Assembly: GCA_049999805.1 (NCBI GenBank)
Contig: JBNGIO010006037.1
Span: 1-64,000 of the forward strand
Direction: 5' to 3'
Origin: Folioceros fuciformis
Lineage: Eukaryota
DNA: 64,000 nt
Under the pieces are notes generated by a model, which did not search any database, was not told the origin of the DNA, and saw only the letters and a list, made by a program, of their open reading frames with translations. Below, one piece after another: positions 36,486 through 50,222 of this stretch (positions within the stretch are counted from its first letter, which is position 1; every line of letters starts with the position of its first letter). A program made the position numbers and the translations under genes.

Positions 36486-37031
36486 CCTGCAAGGTTCGCA
36501 GAGAGCCCAGCAATGGCAACCTGGCAGGCAACGGCGAGAAGGAGGCCGAAATTACTCAGTTACGATCGCCAGCCGAGATAGGCTGGGCACATTATCAATC
36601 TGCCGTCCACCTGCCTCCTGCTCGTCACAGTTCTGTGTCATTCACGCCTTGTGCTGGATTTGGTAGGGGTTCTTGCACGCTTCTTGCGTTTCCAGAATTT
36701 TGCGACCCCCGGGGGTTGACTTGAGGGGAGTCCGGGGACGTCTGTTAGTGGTGTCACGCGATTGCAACCTGTTCTGGGCGGTAACAGTTGGAAGTTGGAT
36801 CACTTGTCAATTGAGACGGGAGGAATCGGAGGGAGCGACGGGAAAGAACGGGAAAGCAAGGGAGAGGAAGGGACAGGACGGGCAGGGAAGCTCCAGTCTG
36901 GACTTTCTTGAACGGGAAGGGCAGGGCAGGGGCAGACGGGGAGGAAGCTAGGCAAGTCTAGACTTTCGTTTTCACGCGTGGACGGGGTGGGTAAAATGTT
37001 GGTATCTATAGCCCTGCCCTGTGCAGACGGA

Positions 37032-38836
37032 ATGAGGCTACAAGGACTGCTCCTGGGGCGTCCTCCTGTCTGGCACCGCTTCTCCTCGTCCTGCTCGCGC
37101 GGAGGCTTGGCAGGCTTCAGATTGCAGCGACGGGTGTGCTGGGGAGAGCTACTTGAGCAGCGGAGGAGAGGCGGATCCGGAGCCGGAGGGTTCAGTGCCA
37201 TGGCCGACGCGGGGGCCTCCAGCGTCGATGCTTCGGCTGCCTCGTCTGTCAGTGAGTGGTTCTGCCTCTGCCTGTTCCTTCCAGCTGCCAATTGCGGGGG
37301 GATTGGGGATAATGGTTCGGATTGGGGTTTGGCAGGCTATGAGCGAGGGCGGAAGCCGATCGTGATCCAACCTAAAGGACAGCATTTGGTGACAGTGGTG
37401 TGGCTGCATGGCCTTGGTGACTCGGGCAATGGGTATGTTTGGGTCTAATTCGGATGGATGGATGTTGGGTGCTTGTGTGGGTGGATAGGTAAGGGGGCGA
37501 GGTGCTGAGAGTTTTGTGGGTCGTGCGACGCAGGTGGCTGGATAGTTTGGAGGACCTTCCTCTGCCTAACGTAAGGAACAAGCCGTATGAATGAGAGGAC
37601 AGTGGGGGAGATTGATTGCGGGTGCTAGAGTTGGCTACCGTTGTTGCCTGCTGATAATTTTGCCACGCGGTGCAACCGTAGGTCAAGTGGATTCTGCCAA
37701 CCGCGCCTACTCGACCTGTGGCCGTCAATGGTGGCTTGCCATGCAATGCCTGTAAGTCTCCGTATGCATGGAGTCGTTGTTGTTGTCGGGGTTCTGTTCC
37801 ATGACTGTCGTGTCCTCGTCCTCACGGCAACGAGCAAGAACGTTTGTGCTGCCTTTTCGCAGGGTTCAATGTGGGGAGTTTGACATCAGAGACCTTGGAT
37901 GATGTTCAAGGCCTTGACGCCTCAGCGGCCCTGGTGGCGGACCTTCTTGTGGAGCATGGCAAATCAGGTGAGGGCGGGATAGCCTTCTTATGCACGGAAT
38001 CTCTGTGTCGTCCTGGTGAACGGTTTTGGTCTCACCACCTTCCTGGCTGGGGTGCCAGGAGACGGGAAACCCGTAAAACTTGTCGTAGGTGGCTTCAGCA
38101 TGGGGGCTGCCACAAGCCTGTACACAGCAACCCGATACGTAGCTGGCAAGTTTGGGAGCGGCAAGCCTTTTGTACTGCCGTCCCTGGACGCTGTTGTCGG
38201 GCTCAGTGGCTGGCTTCCTCGAGCGAAGTGAGTGAAACCTGGCTTTCTCACCCTAAATCTGAAGTAATGCAGTGAAACTACGTCGTGTTGTTCTCTTCCT
38301 TCATGCATTCTCTGTCACAACATTCAACTTCCTTGCGACATCAGGCCCAGTTTCCTTTCATGATCCGCAGGGTTGCTATCAAGGAAGTCTCGGAGAGTCC
38401 GGAATCTGTCAAGAGGGCAGCTGAAGTCCCTGTTTTCATCGCCCATGGCACAGGTAGCCGGCTACTTACGAGTACACCTACCAGAGTCTACCAGTACCTG
38501 GAGTTCGTTTCATTTTTCATGAACTCCTCTCCCTTTGCACTGCAGCCGATTGGGTGGTTGCCTACAACTTTGGGGAGCGATCGAAAGCTGCTCTTGAGTC
38601 TTCAGGTTACAACAACCTGGTTTTCAAGTCTTACGACGGGTGAGTTTGTCCACACACTATCACCCATCCCCCATCATGCCGAGCGTCCGCCAGGGTTGTG
38701 CATTCTCTGCCTTTCCCTCATCGTGCAAGATTGACAAGACGGGGTGATTGAATGTAGGCTGCCGCACTCTGCTTCAGTCGAGGAATTCTTGGACCTTGTC
38801 AAGTGGTTCAAGGAGACTCTTCACCTAGGAGACTGA
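37032..38836 (+). CDS. Acyl-protein thioesterase / lysophospholipase (alpha/beta hydrolase), multi-exon
   Basis: TVVWLHGLGDSG, VKWILPTAPTRPV, GGFSMG (nucleophile), VVGLSGWLP, FIAHGTADWVV and GLPHS. The start could be the ATG at 37032 (targeting peptide) or at 37200. Confidence 0.9.
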
Positions 38837-39403
38837 AGCTTGGAGCGATATTGCAACAGCCAATTGCCAGCTTGAAACAGTTGAAGAAGCCATCTTGTGT
38901 TGGACCACTGTGCTCACTCACACAACTTGTTGTCTCAAACACATTCTGACTCACTGAATCCAGGTACCAGAGTGTGTTTGTTGTATTTCTGATTTATCAT
39001 GTTGAAACATAGCGGAACACTGTGTCTGCCATTGTCACGTCCTCTCTGCCGCCAATGTCCTACTTCATCGTATTCCTTCTTATCTGATAGTGCTTTAACA
39101 TAATAAAGCTTATTTGCTACCGTGATCTTGGTTTGGTGGCCACTGAGATTTTTATCTCATAACGTATGAATTTTTATCGTAATGGTAAAGGGGCGGACTA
39201 TTTTCTTCAAGTGGTGGGCATTGTAATTCAGATCGGGGGGTTGAAAGGAAGTCCGTTTTACCGTGTAGTCTGTCCATGTGGAAATTTGGGCGGTGCGTCC
39301 AAATTTTTTGTTTCCAGCAGACCTATTCATGGATGATAGTTTTTTTTCTTGGTGCGCAATATGGTACTTCATTTCATTTACTGCTTTATTTGGCTTATGG
39401 AGA

Positions 39404-39778
39404 TAAAGATGTTCTATTGCAGTTAGAGATCCTGTAAAGGTGTTCTGTTGCAATTAGAGATCCCATAAAGATGTAAAGGTGATCTATGCAATTAGAGATC
39501 CCGTAAAGGTGTTCTATTGCATGTTCTCCTATAAAGGTGTTTTATTGCATGTTTCATTGCAGTTAGAGATCCTTTAAAGGTGTTCTATCGCATGTTCCAT
39601 TGCAGTTAGAGATCCTTTAAAGGTGTTCTATTACAATTAAAGATCCCATAAAGGTGTTCTATTGCAATTAGAGATACCGTAAAGGTGTTCTATTTCAATT
39701 AGAGATCTTGTAAAGGTGTTCTACTGCTATAAAGGTGTTGTAAAGGTGTAAAGGTGTTCTACTGCTATTTTTAGAGAT
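39404..39778. repeat. Minisatellite, ~31-bp unit TAAAGGTGTTCTATTGCAATTAGAGATCCCG, about 11 degenerate copies
   Basis: Directly visible tandem repetition. Confidence 0.92.
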
Positions 39779-40178
39779 AAAAGGGAGAGAAAACATGGTA
39801 TGGACTTAGCCACCATTGTCTGAAGTGTTGGTGCACAACATTGCAGCACTTTGTGTAAGACTTGGGAATTGCTTGTTTTGGATAGGTGAGGAAGGATGCA
39901 CCACACCATGATTTCATGGTACCACTATGCTAAAATTAGTGTTTCTTAATCATAATACTTAAAGTTGACGATGATCATGTGAATGGTGATTATGTGAATG
40001 GCAAGTGTGTTGCTGCATTTGCATTTCATGTGAATGGCAAGTGTGTCACTGCTATGAAATGCAGCAACAGCAGTTGATTGGTAGATAATGCAATTTAAGC
40101 AAAATACCATATTTTGGGAAGGGAGAGACTTGACTGCATGTAAAGTGGACCCAACCAAATTTTTCTTTACGCAGAAAT

Positions 40179-40762
40179 AAGCTATGCATTCACCAAAAGT
40201 GAATGAAGTCTATGCTCACAAGGCAAGCTATGCATTCACCAAAAGTGAATGAAGTCTATGCTCACAAGGCAGCTTACAAGGCAGCTTACGCAGAAACAAG
40301 CTATGTATTCACCAAAAGTGAATGAAGTCTATGCTCACAAGGCAAGCTATGCATTCACCAAAAGTGAATGAAGTCCCAAAAGTGAATGAAGTCTATGCTC
40401 ACAAGGCAAGCCATGCATTCACCAAAAGTGAATGAAGTCTATGCTCACAAGGCAGCTTACGCAGAAACGCGCTATGCATTCACCAAAAGTGAATGAGGTC
40501 TATGCTAACAAGGCAACTTACTCAGAAACACGCTATGCATTCACCAAAAGTGAATGAAGTCTATGCTCAGTGTACACCAAAAGTGAATGAACTCTATGCT
40601 TACTGTACACCAAAAGTGAATGAACTCTATGCTCACTGCACACCAAAAGTGAATGAACTCTATGCTCACTGCACACCAAAAGTAAATGAAGTCTATGCTC
40701 ACAAGGCAGGTTACACAGTAACACGCTATGCATTCATCAAAAGTGAATGAAGTCTATGCTCA
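40179..40762. repeat. Minisatellite with 46-bp and 33-bp unit variants around the core CACCAAAAGTGAATGAAGTCTATGCTCA
   Basis: The core recurs over a dozen times. The long unit contains the inverted repeat CATTCAC-CAAAA-GTGAATG. Confidence 0.93.
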
Positions 40763-41997
40763 ATGTGCGGTGCATGCAGTTCCTTTCAACTTCCACGATC
40801 TTTGCATCTTTGCATCATTAGAGAGGGGAAGGTGGTATATTAACCTTTGCTTCATTGTGTCATTAGGGAGGGGAAGGTAGTATATTGCCTCACTCCCCCT
40901 CCCTCCCCCTTTCAACTTTTACATGTTTTCTCTTGGCTACCATTGTCATGCATATAATAGTTGCAATCTCAGTAGTCTTCATGGTCTAGATCAAATGCAT
41001 ATAGCAGTTGTAGTCTTAGCAATCTCAATGATCTTGATCAAATGTTAGAATGTGGCCTACTCGCATGAGGTATGAACTCATATAGAACATCTCTGAGCTC
41101 ATCCTTTAGTATCTTGTTGTGGGCATTAGTAAAGGTTTCATCTACATGAAACTTGCAAGCATGAACTCATAATAGCCACTAACTTCAACGACACCCATAT
41201 AATCTTCATGAGCCTCTTTGGCCTCATCCTTCATTATCTTGTTTGGATGCTTGCCTCTACAAGGCTATGAAGTACAAATTACACAACAAAGTAAAAATTT
41301 ACAAAAATAAAAGTTCACAAAAAATAGTACTTTGTAGTGCTTTGTACCTTAAGAGGGCACCCCATTGCTTCTACCTCTCTTACTATATTCCATAAGACGT
41401 TTAATAAGCCTTTTCAATGTAATGCACGAATTGAGGAATGATTGTTACCTATAATATATATTGTAGTCCTTTTCTATTCTTGCCTTTAATATCATGAGAT
41501 GCATTTGCAAGATAGGCTATAAGATAGAAAGAGAGTAGTCTTTATCATTTAATACTGTTCATATATTTTAATTGAATAGTTAGTATTTCGGATGAGAAGC
41601 GCATAAATTTTTCATTTAGAATTCGGGAAAAGAACAATGTATTTTAAGAACCTGCTTTAGCTATATATGCTGGCACCACCTGCGGGCTTCTCAGTCTCTA
41701 AGTTTTTTGCCGCTACAAAAAAAGGTTGGGTAAAGTTTTGACCGGAGGGGACCGGCAGAGATTAGGGCAGAAGGGGGCACGAGCCGCCGTCACACTTGAT
41801 TGTTTCCCCTCGGCTGGAGGATCTCGAGAGTCTCTGAGCGCCTGTGACGGACGGAGGGGTCGAAATTGTACCTGGGCCTACCGCTTACTCCGGGGAGGTG
41901 TTTCTAGCTCGGTGATCACAGCGCCACGATCGTCAACTATTGCGCCAGCCTAGTCACGACACCGTCTTGCCCATCCATTGATGCTGTGGGACTGATC

Positions 41998-44353
41998 ATG
42001 GAGTATTCTGCACCTTACGCACATGGTGAGGAGACAAAGAAGAGGAAGCTTAGTGAGGATAGTAATGGTTCTTCTGTGCTGCTTTCGGAGGAGGAGCTGA
42101 AGAAGCTGTTGGAACCCCTCAGCAAAGAGCAGCTGATTGGTCTTCTCGCCAAAGCGTAAGATAGCCAAGTTTTCTGCTGTTGCTTTATTTGATGGAACTG
42201 CAGGTGTGTCTGGGGGTCATGTTGTTAGGTGTCTGGTCGGTTGCCACCGCCGTGGGACTTTTATTCCTTGTGTTTTGTGAGAGCCATCTCCCTCCTCCTC
42301 GCCGTCCCCTCCATCCCTCTCCCCCTCCCCCCACCCTGCACTTCCTCTACGCAGAGTGGCGGCACCTGCTCCTCGTCAGGAGTGCCTCCGCTGCCGGAGG
42401 GATGTAGCCTGCCTGAGGGACGTTGCCGTGATGGTACCTTGCCCATGGTGTTTTTGGGGTGGTCGCGGAACTCAGGTGGTCAGGGTTGACCCGGATTAGG
42501 TTTTGAATGACAGCCCTCGTGGTGGCCTGGACGTGGAAGAGAGTGATTGCGTCTCCCCCGCCCCCGTCACGCACCGCTTGCTTTGTGATTTATTTAGGTG
42601 CTCTGAACTCCGTTCGTCTTATGCTCTGAGGAGAAGCTGGCTGGATGTGGCAGATCGACAGATATTGGATGGCCCTGATTGTGGCTTTCTGTGGAAGAAG
42701 AGGTGGACCTTGGCTTTTAGTGTTTATGTTTGGATTGACTGGGAATGCCTGTGGTTTGGCGTGTATTCTGCAGAGGTTTTCAGTTCACTGCGGTTGCCGA
42801 TGATATTAGAGATATTGCAAGCAAGGATCCTGCTCATCGGAAGCTGTTTGTGCGTGGCCTGGCTTGGGAGACCACTTCACAGGCTCTGCGTGATGTGAGT
42901 GCATGGCTGATTGATTGATTGTCAATTGTTGATGGGCTATTGTGAACTAGTGCAACTGTGGTTTTTTCATGTTTATGCATTCATGTGCGCACCCTGGGAC
43001 TGTCCATGAATTGCTGAGTGTACCAGAGGTGACTGACAATTGAAGGGGACATTGCTGCCTGAGAATTGGTAATGGAATTCCAGGATGTTGTCAGCAAGTT
43101 CATCGAAGCCTTGACATTCGGGAAGACCCTCCAGCAGTTCATGGACTACCAGGCATAGATAGAGTAGTTTGCAAGAGATTGGAGCTGGAGCAGGGGGCTG
43201 ACATTTTTTCAATTCTTTCTGTGTCTAGGCCTTTCAGCAGTATGGAGAAATCGAAGAGGGAGCGGTTATCACTGACAAGCAAACCGGAAAGTCGAGAGGT
43301 TTTGGGTTTATCACCTTCAAGCATATGGATTCTGCACAGAGAGCTTTGAAAGAGCCAAGCAAGAACATTGATGTGAGTGTCAGCTTTTGTGCGCTACAGG
43401 CACATGATATCATCAGAAGATGGTGTGCTTTGCTAGTTCTTTTCTTTAACTGGTTTGGGTGTGTGGGCATGCCAGGGAAGGATTACCGTGTGCAATTTGG
43501 CGTCAACTGGCAGCACTACAGGGACCTCGTCTGTCGATCAAGCCCAAAGGAAGCTGTACATCGGTGGTTTGTCTTATGATACGTCGAGTGATACGCTGCT
43601 GAACCTCTTCTCTCAGTTTGGAGAAATCGAAGAAGGTGCAGTTGCTTATGACAAGAATACGAACAAGTCCAGGTGGGGTTTGAGAGGGTGCTTCCTTCTA
43701 CAGGATAGTTGTGCTATTCGCGTTGTCCCTGCGCGTGTGCTTACGTCTGGGGTATTAATGGGCTGTACGTGCAGGGGCTTTGGATTTGTGACTTTCAAAA
43801 CTGTGGAGGGGGCCCATCGTGCTCTCTCGGATCCATCCAAAACCATTGAGGTGCGTGAAGGGACCCACGGCTTAAGTTTATCGTGTTCACACTTGTGTAC
43901 TCCCTCGTACACAGCATGCATCGGTTACTGATGTCTGTGGTGTCATTGCAGGGAAGGCATGTGATTGTAAAGTTGGCAGCAGAAGGGCAGCGCGAGAGAC
44001 AGCAGCAGGTGTCAGGTTTGCAAGTACAGGCTGCCTCTCAAGCCCAACCAACTTACGGAGCGGCAAATCCTAATCTGACGAATTATGCAAGGCCTCAAGT
44101 CCAAGCCCAAGCGGCCCCCACCCTAGGTTTCTCCTACACTCCTGGTCTGGCGTACGCCACTCAACCAACAGCGTATGCCGGCCTTGCCGCGGCTCCTCAG
44201 GCCTACGGAGCTGTGGCGACAACGCAGCAATACAATCCTGCCCAGTACTCCTACGCCGCATTTCAGACTCCCCAGGCTGGGCAGGCCGGCATACCCGGGG
44301 GAGCTGCCGCAGGAGCTGGTGCTTTGCCAACGTACTACACAGGTTCCTCCTAG
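41998..44353 (+). CDS. UBA2: UBP1-associated protein 2 (UBA2C-like) two-RRM RNA-binding protein, multi-exon
   Basis: LLEPLSKEQLIGLL, DPAHRKLFVRGLAWETT, YGEIEEGAVITDKQTGKSRGFGFITF, RKLYIGGLSYD and a Q/A/Y-rich tail. Confidence 0.9.
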
Positions 44354-44689
44354 TTCCTCATCACCAGGTGTTGGTCATACCCTTGTATTTCTAGTTCGCA
44401 GCCTTGAGTGGCCGAATCGAAAAAGCCTTGCTGGCTTTTATAGTAGGTCAAACATTCGTGCAGCTTTAGCATTTTCTGCGTAACCTCTCCGGACGCTGTA
44501 AAGAATCAATGAATTCATCTGCGCATGCTTGGCCCTATTATGAGGTACTGTCTTTTTGTCCAGCGCGCTTCTCGAAGTGAAGAAACGCTCGGAACACACG
44601 CAGCAATGTCAGCTCGCGCGATCCCGACTAGCTGTGCCTCGTTATGAAAATAGGCATCCTTTTGTCTCATTGAGCCTGATTCTCATTGA

Positions 44690-44820
44690 CAAGAAAGGTT
44701 CACTGTTTCATGGAGCCCGTGTCTCATACACGGAAATAGGCTCACTCTGTCTTATGATTAAAACAGGCTCACTCTGTCTTATGATTAAAATAGGCTCACT
44801 CCGTCCCATTACGGAAATAT
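44690..44820. repeat. Short tandem repeat, ~27-bp unit AAAATAGGCTCACTCTGTCTTATGATT
   Basis: Three near-perfect copies at ~44733-44810 plus degenerate copies upstream. Confidence 0.8.
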
Positions 44821-45535
44821 GTAGGCACGTACATGCGTACTTAGGTTCACAGCCTTGGTGTGGAGCGCGTAGCTAGCCGACTCCTGGTGTGCACTTGGGC
44901 ATGTTGCCGGCTAGCTCTTAGAGTGCTCTTGGGCACTCCAGGTAGCTCGTGGTGTGCTTTTGGGTGCACCAATTGGCCATTGGCACACGAAAGTGCCTAC
45001 TAGCTAGTTCTTATGAAGCATGTGCATGAGGATGGATATGAAGCACGTGCCAAGAGGATGGATATGGAACTTGGCTGCAAATGGTCATGCTGGACGGGGG
45101 AAGGGGGGAGGGTGAGAGGGACGGGAAAATCAAATGGGATGCGAAAATCGAACGGGGAAGGAGAGGGTAGAAGGGGGGAGGGGAAAATTGAACGGGAGAG
45201 AAAAGGGAAGGGTTTTCTCTAACCTATCTCCTTTGGGGCTTGGACAAAGGAAAAATCCTTTGCCAAAAGAGTCATCGCCTATATGCAAGCTCAAAAGGTT
45301 TAACAAGTGCAGATGAGGATTTGACTGACCATGATGACCTCCCCTTACCCCTTTGGCTGGGGACTCTCTCCTTTTGGTATGCCATTCAGGGGCGGAACCA
45401 CCTTGCTATCAAGTTCAACAAGTTTAAGAAACCCTTGGCTGATGACAAGGTATGATGAGTGGAGCTACTAAGCTAGACGCGAGTGGAGTTGAGTTGAATT
45501 GTGCAGCATAGGCAGCCACCTTGGGAAATATGCAG

Positions 45536-45685
45536 AGACCCAATCCTTGGGGACAGGAGCAGGACCCAATCCTTGGGAATAGGAGACGGACCCAATCCTT
45601 TGGGGCAGGAGAAGAACCCAATCCTTGGGGACAGGAGAAGAACCCAATCCTTGGAAACAGGAAAAGGACCCAATCCTTGGGAACA
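45536..45685. repeat. Short tandem repeat, ~26-bp unit ACCCAATCCTTGGGGACAGGAGAAGA, 6 copies
   Basis: ACCCAATCCTT recurs six times at about 26-nt spacing. Confidence 0.9.
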
Positions 45686-45956
45686 ACGTGTCCTGGGAAG
45701 GACAGGTTTTAGGAAAGTTTGAAACATAGTTCTGCGAGAACAGTTAGAAAATTCTGAGAGTTTCGTTACTTCAAAATATGCACACAACGGTCACGTGGTT
45801 CTAATGTCCATTCGGACACCATTTGACGGCGAATCGGTGACACCCTCTTTATGGCCATCTTCGTGTTGACTGCATTGTTCGGCTCCGCATTGTTCTCTGT
45901 TAGTGCTCAAATGTCCTCACACAGTGCTTATAACGTTTGCCACCATATTGCGGAAC

Positions 45957-48578
45957 TTACGAGGAGGAGATATCGTCGAGATCAGAATCTGCAGGTACCA
46001 CATACACTTCTTCCCACTCCTCATCTACTTCAGAGTCATCTTCGTCGGCGCTATATTCCGGCGTGTCCGGAACCTGAGCATCGTCTGGGATGTAACCTCG
46101 CTCGGCAGCTTCCACTCTTTGGGTAAAGATGGAGTCACTACATGCCAGCATGTACCTCAGGCTGAACTTGAGACCTTTTTGAGAGAGAAGTTTGTGTCTT
46201 GGGATTATTCTTGACGGCAAGGAGTAGCTGAAGTACCTGCATCACACGGGGACTTTGCTGGTGAGCCCAGTGTTGAGAGATGGAAGGTTGCACACAAGTA
46301 GTGCACTGGAGTACCTTGGAAACGCTACTAGCTCTTCCATGGGCCGGAGCATCACCCGCTTGAGGTAGCGGTACTTCGGATGAATTACGGGGTAATTGTA
46401 CTTAAGAAGCATGGGGAAGTTGGCTACCATGGGACCCAGCCGACTGCGTTTTATCCCAATGTACCAGAAGAACTTGACGATGGGTTCCAGCTTCTTTGAG
46501 ATGCTGTTGCCGAATAGGTCTGGACGAGTGGCTACAACCTTCCCCACATCCTGCTCAGAGACTCCCACGTTTTCCAGTAGGAAACGCACCTGATTTCATC
46601 AGACAACATGAGAACGGCACACGGTCAGTTTGGTAGCAGACGACAGCGTCAAAACTGCAGTGAGAATATTATGCTCACCAACGGACGAATCTTCTTGTCG
46701 AGGCTGTAGCTGAAGAAGGCAGGAAACTTCACCAGCACCTGCCCTATGGCCTCCTCATGAACACCTATGGCTTTCAGAAACCGCACCTTCCAAAGACATA
46801 CGTCATGTCAGTTCTCTGTGTAGCCTGGTGGGTACGGACTCTCAGCACAGGGTCCTCTTGTTTAGCATGACAAGGCAGAGAGCAAGATCCAGCTGAGATA
46901 GTTGCAACCTGGAGCGTACACTGCACTCACCTTTGGTGCTATGTTAGCTTCTATGTTGAGACAAAAGACGGCAGGATTGCACGCAAGAATGCGCCGGATG
47001 CCAAAGAAGTCAATGCCAAGATAATAGAAATACTTGATCAGTGGTGTCCATCCATCCTCTACGCTGCAAGCTAAGAGCTGGGGTCTTTCTGCAATTACTC
47101 TTGCAACTGCAGCATCATCGCAGAGTATGCCTGTCAGACAAGCAACCTGCAAGATGATCAAAACTCTGAACCTAAATCTAAAGAGAAAGTAAATGCACTA
47201 GCTTCTAGCTGCAGAAGGAGGCTTTTCTCAAGTCAAGAAGACTGCTAACCTTGGGGCGAACTTCTTCCACAGTCATTTTTCCAAGAGCTGCTGGGAAGTT
47301 GAACACCATGGCACCGTATTTCTCAGGGCTCATTCCCAGCTGCCGGAAAAAGTCTACCCTCTCGTACAACTCCTGCCTGCTTACAGCCAGCACCCCTGGC
47401 GTTCTGCTTATCACCATTCCCATCCAGTCCCTTTTCACTCCAGCTTGTTCAAGCATGGCTACAGTTGCCTCAAGTTCGTCCACCGGGGAGGTCAACACAC
47501 GGGGGACTCTGGTGAGAACCACCCCAAGGTCTCTTCCTTTCACGTGGACACTCTTGAGCCACTCCAGCCTTGGTATAATGACGTCTAACCGGTCACCAGC
47601 TATGCATATCAAATACCCGATTCGAGGAAAAGTGATACCATTATGCTTCAGCTTTCTACAAACGAAAGAGAGACGGATGCAACAATGTCAACACATTCGT
47701 CGTCGACCAAGAAATGCATTAACCCAATGCTGCAGACCGTCCCTCTACCTGATCAAAGGAATGACTCCAGTTCGGGCAATGTAGGCCTTAGATCGTTGCT
47801 TGAAATCGAATCCCTTGTACTGCGGGTGCTTCTTCAAACCCACCGCTTCAACAATCACCTGGTCGATGAACGAAGGCATCGTGGGCACCACGTCGTCAGT
47901 GTAGGTGGGACTGAATTTTGCCTCCAGCATGGATTTCTTCAGCACTTCGACCACGTTGTCCCTCCGCACCTGCAAATACTTCCTCAAATAAACCTCCTCT
48001 TTGTCGGTCTTCTCAACCTTGTTGTTGTTGATGAGGTCCCGAGCATCAACACTGAACAGAATGTCATCGTGAGTCTGCCTTTTCAACTTCTGGATGAGTG
48101 GCGGGGATTCCAGCTTCGACGAAGACTCCTCCCACCTCCTAAGTGCTGCTTTGGAATTGGCTTCCTGGGCCCTCCTCTGCTTCAGGAGCTTACCCATGGA
48201 GGTCATCATCTCGCTTTCATCAGCTGCAGACACCGACCCGCTGGTGGACAGTTCATCCCCGTCAGAAGCCACCGCAGCAGTATGGCGGCCGCTGAGGTCA
48301 TCTGACACCGCATCCCTTGTGCCGCTCTCCAGATTACCACCGTTCCCCGCGGCTCTATATCCTCTCCTTGTTCCCGAGACGCGCGAGACGACTTCATTCT
48401 TCGCGCTGACAGTTACCGCAAGCCACAAGCAATGCACGTTGCCCAACATATGAGATGTGTTGAAACAGGGCCCGCAACATGAGAATGACTCCCCGTGCCT
48501 CGGCAGGAACGCATGCTGCACAGCACTTCGGCTCAATCTCACGCAACCGAAGCAGCCAGGATATTGGAGAAGCTCCAT
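45957..48578 (-). CDS. mTERF2: Mitochondrial transcription termination factor family protein, mTERF2/EMB2219-like (plastid), multi-exon
   Basis: MPSFIDQVIVEA...VIPLIR and LEWLKSVHVKG resemble mTERF2. mTERF repeats include PQLLACSVEDGWTPLIKYFYYLG, FPAFFSYSLDKKIRP and YFSYSLPSRIIPRH. Confidence 0.85.
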
Positions 48579-49166
48579 TGCAAGGAGCTGGAAACGAAGT
48601 CTCCGGAGCTAAGGGAGAGATGAGCAAATCCGCATGGCTTCGAAAGTCGAAGCGCACTTTGGCAACCGAACGGAATGACTGTAGGAGCAAAACGTTGATA
48701 ATGAAACGCAACTCAACGCGTGTCTGGAATATGAGGTCCGAGGAGGGCAAATTGAAGAGAGACATACACATGCACGCTTTATGCGAAGAAATCTGGTGCT
48801 TGAAGAACAAATGCCTGGTGTCACCTAATAGTATCAGCTGCGCAGCCTGGATGGTACAGCACCCAGAACTAACAAAGTACAACCTGTTTGGTTGATTTGG
48901 ATCAGCTCAGACTAGCCCTAGCCCATGAATGTGCTGAGCATCCCATCCAGGTTCAGCCACCACCTTATGAAACATGTTTCCTTCCCTGCAACCCTACGTA
49001 GAGCTGCGCAAAGACTTCAAGCAGCTCTGAAGACAATGTCGATCCAGTATGTACAAAATCCTAAAAGATAAACACTCATTCATGATACTGACCATCTACT
49101 CGCAAGCATCAAACGGCCTCCCTTTACAACATGGATTATGGCAACCGCGTTCTGTGTTCAACTCCA

Positions 49167-50222
49167 TCAGTTGCTCTCGCTGAATTGCATGTCCTGCAAG
49201 ACGACCAGAAACAAGACAATGTAAAAACCGGGGCAGGAACTCCTGATGATGTGGTCTGATGACAATCACAAGAGAGGGTCTGGGCATATACGTGACGGCA
49301 GTTCACGCAACTGGAAGGACCAGTACACACCTTCCCGCAAACAGGGCAGTGTTTGCTCCGTGCTTCCCATTCGTAAATACAACTGAGATGAAAGTGGTGT
49401 CCACAGGACGTAGGAATTTTTGGATTTTCTGAGTTGTAGCCTGCACAAATGCATGAGAGATGAGTCCCCTGCAGGAAGAAGACACCGAGACTGCCAAAGA
49501 CAAGTACATGACAAGATGAGTGGAAGCACACCGTCGAGGCAGGTTGGGCAAATCTCTTCATCATCTGCGAGTGACTCGAATGACTCCACCTTGGAAATGG
49601 CACCTTTTTTTGGAGAGTCCGTTCGGAAGCTTTGACTGTGATCATCAAGGTCAGACGCACTCCTGCTTCTCAGGAGTGCTGTCAAGGCTTCCCCACCTCC
49701 ATCTCCACTGCCCCGACGCAACGGTTCAGCTTCACTTGCATGCTGATAACTCATGGAGCTCTTGTCACGCCTAGAAACCAAGCCATCGCGAGGCGGTCGA
49801 AGATAGCGAGGGTCTGCATCATAAGGTAAGGGCCTGGGCGGGGCCCGGAACGTGTCTGGAACAGCACTATCTACAGACGTCGGACTTAACAGTCCTGCTG
49901 ACGGAGAACTTGAGACAATTTGAATAGGGGACGATGACCCATCCCTCCCTTCGGCTTGATCAAAAATAGCTGTATACTGCCACCACCAACACATGCCGAC
50001 GGGTACCAAAACACATAAATCCCAGCCCCCACACCTCCAACAACACACAGGCAACACAAGATGCTGGACCTCGGCCCGGCCGCAGGGGCAAGCATTTACC
50101 AGTCTGAGAAACCATCGAACACAACAGCGAAGGCAGAGACAATTCTGGTATAAACACCCATTCGGATAGCCGGCGTACTCTTCAAAGTCGTGAGGCGAAG
50201 GGCAGCAGCACAAGGCACCCAT
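49167..50222 (-). CDS. RING-H2 E3 ubiquitin ligase (RHB1A-like) with an N-terminal MGxxCCC lipidation motif, multi-exon
   Basis: MGALCCCP, PDTFRAPPRPLPYD, DEEICPTCLD-YNSENPKIPTSCGHHFHLSCIYEWEARSKHCPVCGK; last exon DMQFSESN*. Confidence 0.92.

Noticed and set aside
40179-40762. Hairpin-containing repeats resembling a CRISPR array
   Set aside because: The intervening sequences are repeats themselves rather than unique spacers, there are no cas genes, and the context is eukaryotic. The 85-aa TPKVNELYAHC ORF is a by-product of the 33-bp unit.
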